Counted from the first letter of the stretch, positions 10,792 to 21,623 are shown. The stretch is 64,000 bases of DNA from a candidate division FCPU426 bacterium (GCA_963719085.1 CAVRAL010000001.1:1248001-1312000); one strand, 5' to 3'. The notes: generated from the sequence alone by a model not told the origin. Numbers and translations: made by a program.

Positions 10792-11196
10792 TTAATCCTT
10801 TTCCTTCAGATAAAGAAATCCACCCAACCAGGCGCAAGGCAGAGCGGAAACCAACAAAACAATCGAATACCAGTGGGGCCCCAGCGGCGGGACGTGATTC
10901 CAGGTGGCCAAAGTGCCCGCCAATCCCAAAAAGAATCCCAGCGCCCCGATCACCAACGCGTGTTCCAAGGGTTTGTTCGGGGCCAGCCGCGCCGCCCAAT
11001 AACAGCCGACGACATTGAATCCCAGGCGGTAAACCGTCGGCACCCAAAAAAGGTCATCGTCCATCGGCTGGCCCCAAGGCGGAAACACGCCCAGGCGGTG
11101 CAACATTTCATCGGTTCCCAAGGACAAAACAGCGCCCGTTAAGAACCCGGCCAAGATCGCCCCCGCGCTGGGCCAAAAGTTTCCGCTTTTTTCCAT
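10792..11196 (-). CDS. Four-TM membrane protein of unknown function
   Basis: Hydrophobic helices, ARLAP..P..HAL, GPHWY. Lies inside the ArsR operon. Confidence 0.7.
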   Translation of the reverse strand: MEKSGNFWPSAGAILAGFLTGAVLSLGTDEMLHRLGVFPPWGQPMDDDLFWVPTVYRLGFNVVGCYWAARLAPNKPLEHALVIGALGFFLGLAGTLATWNHVPPLGPHWYSIVLLVSALPCAWLGGFLYLKEKD

Positions 11197-11206
11197 CAAG
11201 CCCGCC

Positions 11207-11749
11207 TTATTTCTTTCCGGCTTCGGCCAAGGCCTTCAACTGCGACAGTCCCCGCTCAAAATCCGGGGCCAACATCTTGTCCGTGTCGCAAACCATATGG
11301 AAGGCTTTCTCCGGTAGGTTCAGGGGCCCGCTCATGGACCAGGTCACTTGGGTTTCCTTGCCTTGTCCCCCGGGAGTGAAGGTAAACTCGGCCAGGTCAT
11401 TTCCCTTCATGGGTTTGAGGAATTCCAGTTGAATGTCGATCAGGCTCGAAGGTATGGACTTGATCAATGTCATCTTGCCTGATCCTACCTTGCCGTTGCC
11501 CGACCAAGCATAAGAAGCCCCCACTCCCGAAACCGGACCGTCATAGGCGGCCTGCATGCCCGGATCCATCTTGGCCCAAGGCGACCAGTCTTCCCAGATA
11601 TGAAAGTCATTCACCAGCTTAAAGCAGGCTTCGGGCTTGGCCTCCACCGTGATGGACCTTGAAAAAATGAATTGAGACGGCTGGAACGAAGCCACCAACA
11701 GGAATATGGCCACCGCGGCCGCCAAACCACCCAAAATCTTCCAAACCAT
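11207..11749 (-). CDS. SRPBCC family protein with N-terminal anchor
   Basis: VNDFH.W..WSPW..MDP, GVGA.Y.WSGN..VG.G, FERGL..LK. Confidence 0.88.
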   Translation of the reverse strand: MVWKILGGLAAAVAIFLLVASFQPSQFIFSRSITVEAKPEACFKLVNDFHIWEDWSPWAKMDPGMQAAYDGPVSGVGASYAWSGNGKVGSGKMTLIKSIPSSLIDIQLEFLKPMKGNDLAEFTFTPGGQGKETQVTWSMSGPLNLPEKAFHMVCDTDKMLAPDFERGLSQLKALAEAGKK

Positions 11750-11814
11750 GAGAACCCTCCCAAATTGCCACATATTATTCGCGTTTAGGCCCAAATGCAC
11801 CAGCGGCGCTTAGA

Positions 11815-12303
11815 TTACCCGATCTTGGCCAAATACTCCGCCAAATTGTCCAGTGTCATGTTCGTCCCCGGCCCCATTCCTTCCAGCATGGGCTCACAGC
11901 CCGGGTTGGCCTTTAAGACCTTCACACTCAACACCAATCCCGTCTCGGCGCCCCGATCCTCCAGCTCCACGGTCTGCCGAATCAAAAAAAATGGATTTCC
12001 TTTTGGGTCCGTCGCCGAGGCATCCATGACCAACCGGCGCGGCGGATCCACTTCCCGGTAGACGGTCACGCAATGGTGTTCCCACCCTTCCGGCGCGCGA
12101 AAGGTATAGCGCCAAAAACCGCCGGGCCGCAGGTCCACCTCGCAATGGGGCACTGTAAAGGGCTTGGGCGCCCACCAGTGGGCCAAATGTTCCGCCCGGG
12201 TAAAAACCTCGAAGACCAAGGCCCGGGGCGCCCGGACGGTGCGCTTCAACACTAAATCCTTGGAATGTTTCTTTCCCTCAAAATCCCCTATTTCCACCGT
12301 CAT
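11815..12303 (-). CDS. SRPBCC/AHSA1 domain protein
   Basis: RTVRAPRALVFE.FT..EHL..WW.P, DLRPGG.WRY, LDNLAEYL. Confidence 0.88.
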   Translation of the reverse strand: MTVEIGDFEGKKHSKDLVLKRTVRAPRALVFEVFTRAEHLAHWWAPKPFTVPHCEVDLRPGGFWRYTFRAPEGWEHHCVTVYREVDPPRRLVMDASATDPKGNPFFLIRQTVELEDRGAETGLVLSVKVLKANPGCEPMLEGMGPGTNMTLDNLAEYLAKIG

Positions 12304-12317
12304 CGAAATCCTCCCGG

Positions 12318-12830
12318 CTATTTTTTTGCCTTCGCGGCTTTTTGGAGACCCGCGATGTCCAACTTGCCCATGCCCATCATGACCGTCATCACTCGTTGGG
12401 CCTTCGCCCGGTCCCTGTCCCCCAGCAGACGGCTTAAGAGCGCCGGTACGATTTGCCACGAGAGACCGTAGCGGTCTTGCAGCCAGCCGCAACGGTCCTT
12501 CCGTCCGCCCTCGGAAAGTTTCTCCCAGAGCCGGTCGACTTCCGTCTGGTTCTTACAGTCGACGAACAAGGAAATGGCCGGGGTGAATTGGAAGTGTGGC
12601 CCGCCGTTGAGCGCCATGAAGTCCTGTCCTTCCAGGCGGAAGGTCACCGACATTACGCTTCCCGAGGGGCCCGGTCCCGCGTCACCATAGCGGGTCAGAC
12701 CCGTCACTTTCGAGTTTTTGAAGAGCGACACGTAAAAACGCGCCGCCTCCTCGGCCTGGGAGTCAAACCACAGAAAGGGCGTGATCTTTCGGCCGGGTCG
12801 GGCCGCTGGATTCTTGGCTTTGACACTCAT
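12318..12830 (-). CDS. VOC family protein (PhnB / 3-demethylubiquinone-9 3-methyltransferase-like)
   Basis: ITPFLWFD.QAEEAA.FY, ALNGGP.F.FT.AIS, CGWL.D.YGLSWQI. Confidence 0.92.
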   Translation of the reverse strand: MSVKAKNPAARPGRKITPFLWFDSQAEEAARFYVSLFKNSKVTGLTRYGDAGPGPSGSVMSVTFRLEGQDFMALNGGPHFQFTPAISLFVDCKNQTEVDRLWEKLSEGGRKDRCGWLQDRYGLSWQIVPALLSRLLGDRDRAKAQRVMTVMMGMGKLDIAGLQKAAKAKK

Positions 12831-13789
12831 GACTTTGCCCCCAAGTAATCTTCCAACGCATCAAAGGAACCGGTCCAACCGCCGGTCATGCCCGCGCGGG
12901 CCTTGACGAAGGTCTCGATCTCCACCGAGCTTGGGTTATCCGTCGGTTCCCAAGTCAGCGTCACCCGGCTCTGGTTTGGCCCCTCGGCGGTAAAAACCAC
13001 GGTCGTCAACAGGGTCTGGGGCCAAGTCGCCGACATGGGATGGCGGGAAACTTTGCCCTCGGCGTCGCAAAATTGCTGGGTATAGACCAGGCGGCTGGGC
13101 CTTTGGATCTCCAGATATTTTGTTTTCCCGTACATCGCCGGGCCGCCGGTCTCGGCGGACATGGAATAAAAGCCCTCGCCTCCCGGCCGCAGGTCCACCC
13201 GGATGAATTTCATGGTGAACCCCTTGGGCGCCATCCAAAGGGCCACCTGGTCCGGCTGGGTCCAGGCGTCGAAGAGTGTCTCCAGGGGGACCTGGAAGGA
13301 GCGATTGATGAAAAAGACTTCCTTTTTTGAGGAGTCTTTTTCCAAGTATTCGGCCAAGCGATCCCAGGTGGAATTGCCGTTGGCTTTTTTGATGATTTGG
13401 CGGGTCTGTTCAGCCGCCTCAGGAGTGGGAAGGGCCATGGTCATGTCCATGTGGGTCTTGCCGCCGATTTCCTTGAAAAGGACCGTGACCCGAAAGAGGG
13501 GCTTTTGCTCGTCATTGCCGCCGTGGTCATAGACCATCTTGGCGTAATTCTCGACTTCCAAATATCGGGTTTTGTTGACGTAGTCCACGCCATCGGGGCC
13601 GTGCATGGTGTAATGCCAATGGCCGCCGGCGCGGATGTCCTTGCTGTGGCTGGTAATGGTGAAGCCTCGGGGCCCCCACCATTGGGCGACTTGGTCAGGC
13701 TCGATCCAGGCGTCCCAAACCATCTTGACGGGCGCGTCATAAACCCGGATCAGTTTTATCTCATTGGACTTATTTTTTGTGGCGGACAT
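12827..13789 (-). CDS. Tandem SRPBCC/AHSA1 domain protein
   Basis: Two AHSA1 repeats (WWGPRGF..GG.W.YTMHGPDG; WMAPKGF..DLRPGG..GWTGSFD.L). Confidence 0.9.
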   Translation of the reverse strand: MSATKNKSNEIKLIRVYDAPVKMVWDAWIEPDQVAQWWGPRGFTITSHSKDIRAGGHWHYTMHGPDGVDYVNKTRYLEVENYAKMVYDHGGNDEQKPLFRVTVLFKEIGGKTHMDMTMALPTPEAAEQTRQIIKKANGNSTWDRLAEYLEKDSSKKEVFFINRSFQVPLETLFDAWTQPDQVALWMAPKGFTMKFIRVDLRPGGEGFYSMSAETGGPAMYGKTKYLEIQRPSRLVYTQQFCDAEGKVSRHPMSATWPQTLLTTVVFTAEGPNQSRVTLTWEPTDNPSSVEIETFVKARAGMTGGWTGSFDALEDYLGAKS

Positions 13790-14132
13790 TTTCCTTCTCC
13801 TTTTGCTTTAATTCCTTCAGGTAGGCGTCCAAGCGGTCCAACCGGTCTTCCCAAAGTTGTCGGTGGTGTTCCAACCATTCGGCCGCGTCCTTGATGGGTT
13901 GGGTCTTCAGCCGGCAAGGCCGGCTTTGGGCCACCCGGCCCCGCTCAATCAACCCGCTTCGCTCCAATACTTTTAGATGCTTGGAAATGGCGGGCAGGCT
14001 CATCTTGAAGGGCTTGGCTAATTCCTGGACCGAGGCTTCCCCCTTGGTCAGGCGGGCCACCATGGCCCGGCGGGTGGGGTCGGCCAGGGCCGAAAAGGTC
14101 TCGCTGAGTTGATCGGGTGTGGCGACGGACAT
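13770..14132 (-). CDS. ArsR/SmtB family transcriptional regulator
   Basis: FSALADPTRR, SLPAISKHLKVLERSGLI, WEDRLDRLDAYL. Heads the SRPBCC operon. Confidence 0.93.
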   Translation of the reverse strand: MSVATPDQLSETFSALADPTRRAMVARLTKGEASVQELAKPFKMSLPAISKHLKVLERSGLIERGRVAQSRPCRLKTQPIKDAAEWLEHHRQLWEDRLDRLDAYLKELKQKEKENVRHKK

Positions 14133-14137
14133 ATAGT

Positions 14138-14195
14138 TAACCTTTCAGTTACTTAACCTATTGGTTATATACAATCCCGCGCCCCATTTTGTCAA
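14138..14195 (-). promoter_or_regulatory. Sigma70 promoter with two tandem TAACC-N4-(G/A)GTTA operators
   Basis: TAACCtttcAGTTA at 14138-14151 and TAACCtattGGTTA at 14154-14167. TTGACA on the minus strand at 14190-14195. Confidence 0.65.
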
Positions 14196-14218
14196 CCCTG
14201 AATTTCAGGAAAGAAAAT

Positions 14219-14254
14219 AAAAAAAGCCTTGGAACCAATGGGTCTCCAAGGCTT
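14219..14254 (-). terminator. Rho-independent terminator after the S8 protease
   Basis: AAGCCTTGGA / TCCAAGGCTT stem with a T run on the minus strand. Confidence 0.75.
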
Positions 14255-14275
14255 CCGTCATCTCTCATCCCGGCT

Positions 14276-17164
14276 TCAACGCAGGACTAAGACCTTGAGA
14301 ATTTGACTGAAGGACTGGCTCCCTTTCACGCGGACCCTCAGGTAATAAAGTCCGTTAGCCACCGGCAGGTCCTCGTGATCCCGCAGGTTCCAACTCAGAG
14401 TGGTCTTTCCGGAAATTGGGAAGCTTGCGCAGCCGATCTTCCGGAAAGCGGTGGTGAAAACGTCAAAAGACAAAACCGCGTTTCCCGGCGCCTGAACGTC
14501 AAAATAAACATTCCCTCCCGTCGAAACCGGGTTGGGATAAGGGGGTCCCAGGGTGACTTCGACAGGCCCCAGGGTGGGACTGGGTGTGGGGCTCATGGTA
14601 ATGGTGGGGGTTGGGCTGACGGTCGGCGACGAAGTCATAGTGGGTGAAAACGTTAGGGTCGGCGTCAAGCTGGGGGTCGGGGTCCACGTGGCCGTAGGGC
14701 TTAAGGTAATCGTGGGGGTCGCCGTCGGGGTAAAGGTCGGGGTCCCTGTCGGCGTCAAGGTGGACAAGGCGCAGCAATTCGAGGTATAGGAGCCGGAAGC
14801 GCCCACGGACCAAACCTGTCCCTCATAGGAAAGGCTCACTTGCGCGAATTGGGAAACCGGACCAAAGGGCGTTTGCGCCAGGGTTTGGGTCCAATTGGCC
14901 CCGTCCTGGGAAACCCAAACATCCGAGACCGGCCCCGAAGCCGTTTGGCCCCCCATCACCCAAATGGAGTTCGCGCAAACCACCGCCAGGTGATAGGCCC
15001 GGGGGGAAAAAATCGCTCCCGGAGTCGTGGGATTGGATTGGGTCCAATTGATTCCATCTCCCGTCGACCATACGTCATTGGTCACTCCCCCGGCGGTTTG
15101 GCCTCCCAAAACCCATAACCGGTTGTTGAAGGCCACCACCGCCAATCCTTTGCGGGCTGAAAAAGGCGGCGTAGCCGCGGCGCTCCAAGAGGAACCGTCC
15201 GAAGAACTCCAAGCGTCATTGGTCAAGCCCGAGGCGGTTTGTCCGCACAACACCCATAAATTATTTTGGAAAACCGCCGATCCGAAATCCAACCGGCCGG
15301 CGAATCCCGCGTTGGAAGTTCCCAAGTTGTAGTGGAAGCCGTCGAATGAAAACCAAGTATCGTTTTGGTAAGTCGCGCCGTTCAAAAGCCCGCCCAACAC
15401 CCAAATGTAATTTTTAAAAGCCGCCACGTTATAGTGGATTCGGTTCAACAAAGGCGCTTGCGAGGTGCCGAACAGGCTCCAACCCATCGCGGGAATCCAA
15501 TGGGCGATCGTGATGGGATTGCTTAGGGCTCCTCCGCCTAACTCAAAAGGCCGGGGACCATTGCCGTCCCCCACGTCAAAAACCGCTCCGCCCACCGATT
15601 GCAGGTCGTAAGTGGTTTGAGGCGACCAAAAAGCCCCCGGTTGGGACAGGCAGGCCGCCGGGGTGGGCGTGGCGGTCGCCGGAAAAGGCGTGGGCGTGAT
15701 CGTTAAGGCGGGCTGGGCGCCCAAGGCCAAAGCGGATAAAACCGCCGCGTTCAAATCGAGCCGACCCCAACCACTGGTCTGGTTGTAGGTCCCCGGGGCG
15801 CCGATAATTTGGTGGGCCGTATTTTCCAGTATCTGAACCACCTGGGTGTTGGCCAAAGTCGGATTCAGGGCGAAAAGCAGGGCCGCCGCGCCCGCCACCA
15901 TGGGCGCGGCCAGCGAAGTCCCCGAAGCCACGGCGTAATTGTTGTCGCAGGGATCAACTTGAAAGGCCGTATCCACCGTCGGCGAGGGGCAATTGAGGAT
16001 GCAGCCAAAAAAATTATCAGCGGTATCAAAAGTATTGAAGAGGCTGACCAGCGCTCCGCCGGGCGCCACCATTCCCATGCCGGCTCCCGTTTGGGTGTAA
16101 GAAGTCACCGTATCGGCGGGTCCCACCGCGCCGACGCCAATCACGCCGGGAAAGGCCGCCGGATAACTTAAAGGCACCCCGTTGCCGGCGTTTCCAACCG
16201 CCGCCACCACCACGCAGCCCTGATTCAGCGCGAAGGTGACCGCTTGTCCTTCCAAGGGATCATTGGCGGTAGTCCCCAAAGACATATTGATGACCTTGGC
16301 TCCATGGAGCACGGCGTAATAAATCCCCTCGACCACCGTACCCGTGGTGAGCGAGCCCGTGGAATCGGCCCCCTTCACCGGCATGATCTTCACCAATCCC
16401 GGATAGCCGGCCACCCCCACCGTGCCGCCATTGAAACTACCGGCGGGAACCGTCCCCGCGGTACAAGCGTTTGTTCCGCCCGCGTTGTTCCACTGGGCCG
16501 CTAAAATGCCGGCCACCATGGTTCCATGGCCGTGATTGTCCACCGTATCGGTGGTATCCCCGCCCCAATCGCCGGAAGAGTTATAACCGGGGATAAAAAG
16601 CGAGGACGGAAGATCCGGATGCCGGGTTTGGGAATAGTCCGAGGCCACTCCCGAATCCAAAACCGCCACCGTCACCGGGTTGGCCGACGGACAAGCCAAA
16701 TTAGCCCCCAGTTGAGCCCAAGCCGACGGCGCGTTCACGAGAAGATAGGGCCAATTGACATTTCCGTTGCCGGTGACCACGCCGCAAGCCGGGCTGGGAA
16801 TAACGCCGGAGGTAAAGTAGGCGTCGGAGGCGGCGGCCGGAGGCGCGCAGCTTTGAAACAATTGATAGCGATAATCAGGCTGGGCCAGCGCCACGTCCCC
16901 GAGTGCCTTGACCAGTGCCAAGGCCCTTGGCACTGTCATCCCGCTCTTAAGATAGACTTGAAGAACGTCGGAGCGAAACGCGAGCGGCTGGTAAGTTCCC
17001 AAAAGGGACTGAACGCGGCCTAGGTCCAATGAGGAACCGTTCGGCTTGAATTGAACCAGGATTTCATCGGGCAAATAGGCGTCGGAAGTTGAAACCGCCG
17101 CGGCCGACGGCCAAGCCAGTGACAAGGTCAGCAGGATCAAAGCGAACCGGAGGATGAATACCAT
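14276..17164 (-). CDS. Secreted S8 serine peptidase with Kelch-like repeats, Thr/Pro linker and T9SS-CTD-like C-terminus
   Basis: Signal peptide. Catalytic triad VAVLDSG / HGHGTMVAG / SGTSLAAP. Repeated WVLGG...NDxW.S.DG..W. PTxT linker. PYPNP...GLYYLRV...KVLVLR. Confidence 0.88.
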   Translation of the reverse strand: MVFILRFALILLTLSLAWPSAAAVSTSDAYLPDEILVQFKPNGSSLDLGRVQSLLGTYQPLAFRSDVLQVYLKSGMTVPRALALVKALGDVALAQPDYRYQLFQSCAPPAAASDAYFTSGVIPSPACGVVTGNGNVNWPYLLVNAPSAWAQLGANLACPSANPVTVAVLDSGVASDYSQTRHPDLPSSLFIPGYNSSGDWGGDTTDTVDNHGHGTMVAGILAAQWNNAGGTNACTAGTVPAGSFNGGTVGVAGYPGLVKIMPVKGADSTGSLTTGTVVEGIYYAVLHGAKVINMSLGTTANDPLEGQAVTFALNQGCVVVAAVGNAGNGVPLSYPAAFPGVIGVGAVGPADTVTSYTQTGAGMGMVAPGGALVSLFNTFDTADNFFGCILNCPSPTVDTAFQVDPCDNNYAVASGTSLAAPMVAGAAALLFALNPTLANTQVVQILENTAHQIIGAPGTYNQTSGWGRLDLNAAVLSALALGAQPALTITPTPFPATATPTPAACLSQPGAFWSPQTTYDLQSVGGAVFDVGDGNGPRPFELGGGALSNPITIAHWIPAMGWSLFGTSQAPLLNRIHYNVAAFKNYIWVLGGLLNGATYQNDTWFSFDGFHYNLGTSNAGFAGRLDFGSAVFQNNLWVLCGQTASGLTNDAWSSSDGSSWSAAATPPFSARKGLAVVAFNNRLWVLGGQTAGGVTNDVWSTGDGINWTQSNPTTPGAIFSPRAYHLAVVCANSIWVMGGQTASGPVSDVWVSQDGANWTQTLAQTPFGPVSQFAQVSLSYEGQVWSVGASGSYTSNCCALSTLTPTGTPTFTPTATPTITLSPTATWTPTPSLTPTLTFSPTMTSSPTVSPTPTITMSPTPSPTLGPVEVTLGPPYPNPVSTGGNVYFDVQAPGNAVLSFDVFTTAFRKIGCASFPISGKTTLSWNLRDHEDLPVANGLYYLRVRVKGSQSFSQILKVLVLR

Positions 17165-17628
17165 AGGTGGCCAAATACCTTATTTGAAATAGGGAACCCT
17201 TTTAGGACCCGGCGATCAATATAAGGTCAATAATACCACTTTATCGCGGCCACACCCGCGGCAGATCCCGATCATTTGAAAATTAAACCCAAGGTTTGAA
17301 TTGGGCTGACTCCGTGAAAACAGGCCCCAGGCCATCTCAAAATAGGGCGATCGATATCTTAATCTTACGAAAAAAATCTTCCATCGCTTTTCCCCAAAAG
17401 TAAGTCGGGATCAAAAGCAATGTCAGGATTCCCTCCGAGCTCCACTTGGAAAACCGGGCGGCCTCCGAAAAGCCAATGCTTCCTATCCCAAAACACCAAA
17501 CAGCGGAAAACAATGAAAAACATCGCGGACCCACAATCCGGTATTTTTTTCCCCGCATTCCCGACAATCGATAAACGCCATCCATCGTCCCCAAGAACGC
17601 GGTTGAGTAAAAACCGCGAGGCTTTATT

Positions 17629-18147
17629 TTATTGATTTTTAACCGGGTTGAAAAGCAGCTGGCCGTAAGTGCCGTTTTTCGAGACGTCTTCGGAAGGCGC
17701 GGAATAGGCGCTCAGGAGAATCTGCCCCGCCCGATTCACTTGAAGGCTCTCCAAGAGGCGGTCGTAATCCGAATAGTGAAAAAACAGGCAGATCATCTTG
17801 CCCACGAGCTCATCCGCTTCCAGGCCGGCCTTAGCCAAGTCGCCCACCTTATCGTCGAAAAAAATCAAAAGCCCCACCGGCTGGTATTTTCCGTCCTGGT
17901 AGTTTAAAAGCGTGATCGAAGCCTTCACCTGATCAAACGAATGGTCGGGCGAAACGACGTAACGATAATCCGTGAGGGCGCTTCCCATTTTTACCTGCCA
18001 GGCGTTGAAGGCGCTCTGGGCCAGCACCGAAACCGATCGGGCGCCATTGCCTTCCAGCGGCGCGGAACCGGTCGCGAGCGGGGCCGCCTGAACTTTACCA
18101 GCCAAAAGCAGGAAAAAAATCGAGAAAATCAAAAGAATGTGTTTCAT
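17629..18147 (-). CDS. Exported hypothetical protein
   Basis: Signal peptide ending VQA, AGAAGG RBS, no recognised domain. Confidence 0.6.
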   Translation of the reverse strand: MKHILLIFSIFFLLLAGKVQAAPLATGSAPLEGNGARSVSVLAQSAFNAWQVKMGSALTDYRYVVSPDHSFDQVKASITLLNYQDGKYQPVGLLIFFDDKVGDLAKAGLEADELVGKMICLFFHYSDYDRLLESLQVNRAGQILLSAYSAPSEDVSKNGTYGQLLFNPVKNQ

Positions 18148-18296
18148 GATTACCTTCTTTTAGTTTGATGAATCCTTGCCTATGGTACCCTCCCCGATAA
18201 TTTTCCCCCACATCGATCTTCGCGTCTTTTTGATCGGTTTTTATCCCAAACACCTGAAAAACCAGGGATTGAGCATGGGGAAATAACGCCTAAAAC

Positions 18297-18332
18297 AAAA
18301 AAGCCCTTAAACATTTCTGTTTAAGGGCTTTT
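18297..18332. terminator. Bidirectional terminator downstream of the GH30 gene
   Basis: AAAAGCCCTTAAACA-tttc-TGTTTAAGGGCTTTT perfect stem. Confidence 0.8.
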
Positions 18333-18369
18333 AACTATTGGGCGGAGTTTTAAATCCGCCCGCTTCTTT

Positions 18370-21300
18370 TTATTTTACGATCGCGACTTTCACGGTCGAG
18401 GTGCTGGACTGAACCCCGGACTTCACCGTCACCGTCACGATATACAGCCCGCTGGACAAGGACTGGTTTTCCAAGTTCCGCTCGTTCCAGTAGAGGCTGT
18501 GGCCCGAGGACTCGAAACTGGTCTCCTCCACGGTCTTCACCCAGACCAATTGTCCGTCCAAGCTGTAAGCCCGGAAGGTCAGGACCCCGCTCGGATCAAT
18601 TCCCGGCGATGTGCTGACGGCTTTCGCCCCGATCGAGGAGGCGCTTCCGGTCACATTCACCGACAGGTTCACTCCGTTCCCCGTGGAAGGGTTCGGGAAT
18701 GCCACCACATTGGCCGTCTGCGCGGCCGGAGCCGTCACAACCGGTTCCTGTCCCCAAATCAGCGATCCGTTCAGATATCCGGTGATTTTGGTCGACAAGG
18801 TGAAGCTGGTCGAAGCCGTGTAGCTCCAGTCGTTATTCTGAAGCATGTTGCTCCAATCGCTCTTGTTGAAACGGCTTTGGATTTGCACGCTCTGGCCCGG
18901 CTGCAGCGTCAGGTTCCCCGCGAACTTATAGCTCACGTAATCGGTCTGGCCACCCAAAGTCGTGGCCACCACCGAGGTCAGCACATCCGCCGTGACCGTG
19001 CTTCCCGCGGGCATCCATCCCGCCCAGTCCACCCAGGTTTGGATCGATTGGCCCGTGCAGTCGCAGTTGAACCAGTAGCGCACTTCCACATTATTCAGGT
19101 TCAAAGGCGCCGTCCCCGTGTTCTTCACCTCAATCTGGGGATGGGGGCTGTTGGTGGTATTCGCCGTGACTCCCGACAACAAATACACCGTCAAGGATCC
19201 CGTGCCCGTAGGCGTATTCGTCGGAACCAAGGTGGGCGTCGAAGTCGGCGGCAAAGTCGCCGTCGAAGTCGGGGGCACCGGCGTATTCGTCTTAGTCGGA
19301 GTCGCCGTCGCGGTCGGAGGAACCGCGGTGGCTGTCCAAGTCTTCGTCGCTGAGGCGGTCGACGTGACCGTTAAAGTCGCGGTCGGAGGCACCGGCGTCG
19401 AAGTAAAGGTCGGCGGAACCGGGGTGTTCGTCGCCGTTGCCGGAACCATTGTCAGCGTCCCAATCGGCGTATCCGTCGTCGTGGGCGGCACGCTCGTGTC
19501 CGTCGGACTAGCGGTCGGCGTCAAAGTCGCCGTCAGAGTCGGCGGCACCGGCGTATTTGTCTTAGTCGCGGTTGCCGTCGACGTCAAAGTTGGAGGCACT
19601 GGCGTGGCTGTCGCTGAGGCGGTCGCGGTGGCCGTCGGGCTGGCAGTCGATGTACGGGTCGGTGTGGCGAGTGCCGGCTGCGGAATCAACTGCAAGGCCT
19701 CCACCATCGCGCTCGTGTCCGTACTGCTGGTCCCCAAGAACTGAATGGTGACCGCTCCCGCGCTGGGGGAGATATTGTTGATCACCTCGTTCAAGGCCTT
19801 ATTCGCGCCCACTTGGGCGAAAACATCCAGGTTCGTTAAAACCGTGACCCCGTTTACGGCAACATCGAACACCCGGTCGCCGACCGCCTCATCGCCCGAA
19901 TAGGTCTCGGCGAAAAGCAGGGTGGCTTGATAGCTCCCGGTCGGAACATGAAACACGTAGCTGAAATTGGAGCCGTAACGCTGGGTGTCATAAAGCGTCG
20001 AATCGTTGGTTCCCGCGATCGTCCCGCCTTCAGCGATGGTGCTGCCCGCCGTAAATTGGGTATCGGCCGACCAAGCGTTCCCGAGCGAATCGGTATAAGC
20101 CGGGCCGCCCGCGTTCACGCGCCAGGTGGAGGCGATAATCGGGGCCGGCGTGTTGGTAAAAGTCGCGGTTGGGGTTGGAGGAACCGCCGTAGCCGTCCTC
20201 GTTGGCGTGGCCGGCAAGGGTGTGGACGTCGAGGTGGCAACCGAGCCACCGTTGTTGACGGCCACAAAACTCGTCACACTGGAACCGGTCAAGCTATAGG
20301 TGAAGGAATTTCCCGACACCGGCACAGCCGACTTCTGGACTAGGTTGTTGCTGCCGTCGGTCACCCAGGGGATGACGGACGTGACATTGACCCCGTTCAG
20401 GCTGAAGGTCTGGCTGGTGGTCGAGCTGTTGTTGTTGATGGCCACGAAAACGATGGTCTGCGGTGAAGACGTATTGGTGTTCTTGAAGGCGCTGACCAAG
20501 ACGCCGGAAGTCGGGCTCGCGGTCGCCCCCATGCGGTAGTATCCGGGACGGATGAACTTGCTGTAATTACCAAGAACATAGGCCTTGATGGTCAGGGTGT
20601 TGTTGCTGATCAGGTCGGTAAGCCACCAATAGTGAAAAGCGTTCATGCCGGAATTGACCAGAGAGCTTTGGATCCAACCCGCCTCCTGCAGGGCTCCCGG
20701 AATATCGGTGGTATTCCCCGACATCTCGGTTTCCCACCATTCCTGGTTCGTCACATGGGTGAAGCCAAAGGAAGCCAGGGGCGCCGGATTCGGGGTGCCA
20801 TAAAGATGGGTTCCGATAATGCCGATCATGGGGGCCACGGTCGCATCGTCCATGGCGGTCGCGGCCAGGTTCATGCCGTCGGTATTGTCGGGCTCAGGAA
20901 GCATGATTTTGGTCGAAAGACCCGCGTTTTGGATGGCGTTATGGAAAGCCTGCGCGTAAACATCAAACTGGCCGGCCGTCCAAAGACAGGCTTCGTAAGT
21001 CGGGTTAAAGTTCGGCTCATTCTGGATGGAAAGGGCGTAAAGGTTGATCCCGTGGCTTTGGCAATACTGGATGAACGAGACTTGGTAAGAGGCCAATCCC
21101 GTGTCGGCGCTGTTGGGGGATCCGGAGCTGGCGCCCAGGAAAGTATCGTTGCTGGCGCCGCCATCGACGTTGTCATTGGCCTTGTATTGGGCCGGGGGGG
21201 ACCACTCGGTAGCCCATAAAAGCACGTTGGGATTGACCGAATGGGCCGTCACGAGACTATTCACTTCCGACGAGAAGTTATTGGTGGGATCGATCCGGGC

Positions 21301-21519
21301 CCGCAGGGAGCTAAGCCCGATATGCCCGTTCACGTTGTCGTCGGCGAACAGGGCTTGGCCCTGGCTTCCGATGGCGCTCCAGGCGCTGGAGGCCCCGATG
21401 CAATGGATGAATTGGTTGGTTTGGGTGGCGTCCACCGTACAGGTGCCCGCCCACGCTTTCGAAAAACTCGCTAAAACCAGAAGTAAAAAAGACGCGGTAA
21501 AAATTTTTTTTATTTTCAA
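18370..21519 (-). CDS. Secreted GH30 (glucurono)xylanase-like enzyme + malectin + Thr/Pro linker + CBM3 + CTD-like domain
   Basis: WSPPA..K, SIQNEP (acid/base), WWETE (nucleophile), YSKFIRPGY.R. Malectin (RVNAGG..YTDS.G..W.AD, LLFAE). CBM3 (NTG..PLNL..V.VRYWF, SDWSN..Q.NDWSY). AFPNP...GLYIV. TTG start behind GGAGG. Confidence 0.85.
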   Translation of the reverse strand: MKIKKIFTASFLLLVLASFSKAWAGTCTVDATQTNQFIHCIGASSAWSAIGSQGQALFADDNVNGHIGLSSLRARIDPTNNFSSEVNSLVTAHSVNPNVLLWATEWSPPAQYKANDNVDGGASNDTFLGASSGSPNSADTGLASYQVSFIQYCQSHGINLYALSIQNEPNFNPTYEACLWTAGQFDVYAQAFHNAIQNAGLSTKIMLPEPDNTDGMNLAATAMDDATVAPMIGIIGTHLYGTPNPAPLASFGFTHVTNQEWWETEMSGNTTDIPGALQEAGWIQSSLVNSGMNAFHYWWLTDLISNNTLTIKAYVLGNYSKFIRPGYYRMGATASPTSGVLVSAFKNTNTSSPQTIVFVAINNNSSTTSQTFSLNGVNVTSVIPWVTDGSNNLVQKSAVPVSGNSFTYSLTGSSVTSFVAVNNGGSVATSTSTPLPATPTRTATAVPPTPTATFTNTPAPIIASTWRVNAGGPAYTDSLGNAWSADTQFTAGSTIAEGGTIAGTNDSTLYDTQRYGSNFSYVFHVPTGSYQATLLFAETYSGDEAVGDRVFDVAVNGVTVLTNLDVFAQVGANKALNEVINNISPSAGAVTIQFLGTSSTDTSAMVEALQLIPQPALATPTRTSTASPTATATASATATPVPPTLTSTATATKTNTPVPPTLTATLTPTASPTDTSVPPTTTDTPIGTLTMVPATATNTPVPPTFTSTPVPPTATLTVTSTASATKTWTATAVPPTATATPTKTNTPVPPTSTATLPPTSTPTLVPTNTPTGTGSLTVYLLSGVTANTTNSPHPQIEVKNTGTAPLNLNNVEVRYWFNCDCTGQSIQTWVDWAGWMPAGSTVTADVLTSVVATTLGGQTDYVSYKFAGNLTLQPGQSVQIQSRFNKSDWSNMLQNNDWSYTASTSFTLSTKITGYLNGSLIWGQEPVVTAPAAQTANVVAFPNPSTGNGVNLSVNVTGSASSIGAKAVSTSPGIDPSGVLTFRAYSLDGQLVWVKTVEETSFESSGHSLYWNERNLENQSLSSGLYIVTVTVKSGVQSSTSTVKVAIVK
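18742..19202. repeat. CBM3-coding module, copy 1 (paired with 22005-22465)
   Basis: Colinear at constant offset 3263 with long identical runs, e.g. TCAATCTGGGGATGGGGGCTGTTGGTGGTATTCGCCGTGAC. Confidence 0.8.
19655..20216. repeat. Malectin-coding module, copy 1 (paired with 23053-23614)
   Basis: 562-nt colinear, highly similar copy with long identical stretches. Confidence 0.85.
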
Positions 21520-21623
21520 AACAGACCTCCATCTCAAATTACGGCGCCGGATAAATCAGCCTTAACCAGCAATGCCCGTTGCTTCCCTACCCCAACCACT
21601 TTCCCCCATCATCAAAAAATGAA

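Noticed and set aside
17337..17594. 85-aa ORF between the S8 gene and the exported hypothetical
   Set aside because: TTG start, no clear RBS or motif, and competing short ORFs. Not supportable.
19200..19655. Repetitive DNA resembling a CRISPR array or VNTR
   Set aside because: Degenerate in-frame PTxTxT coding repeats, with no constant repeat-spacer structure and no cas genes.
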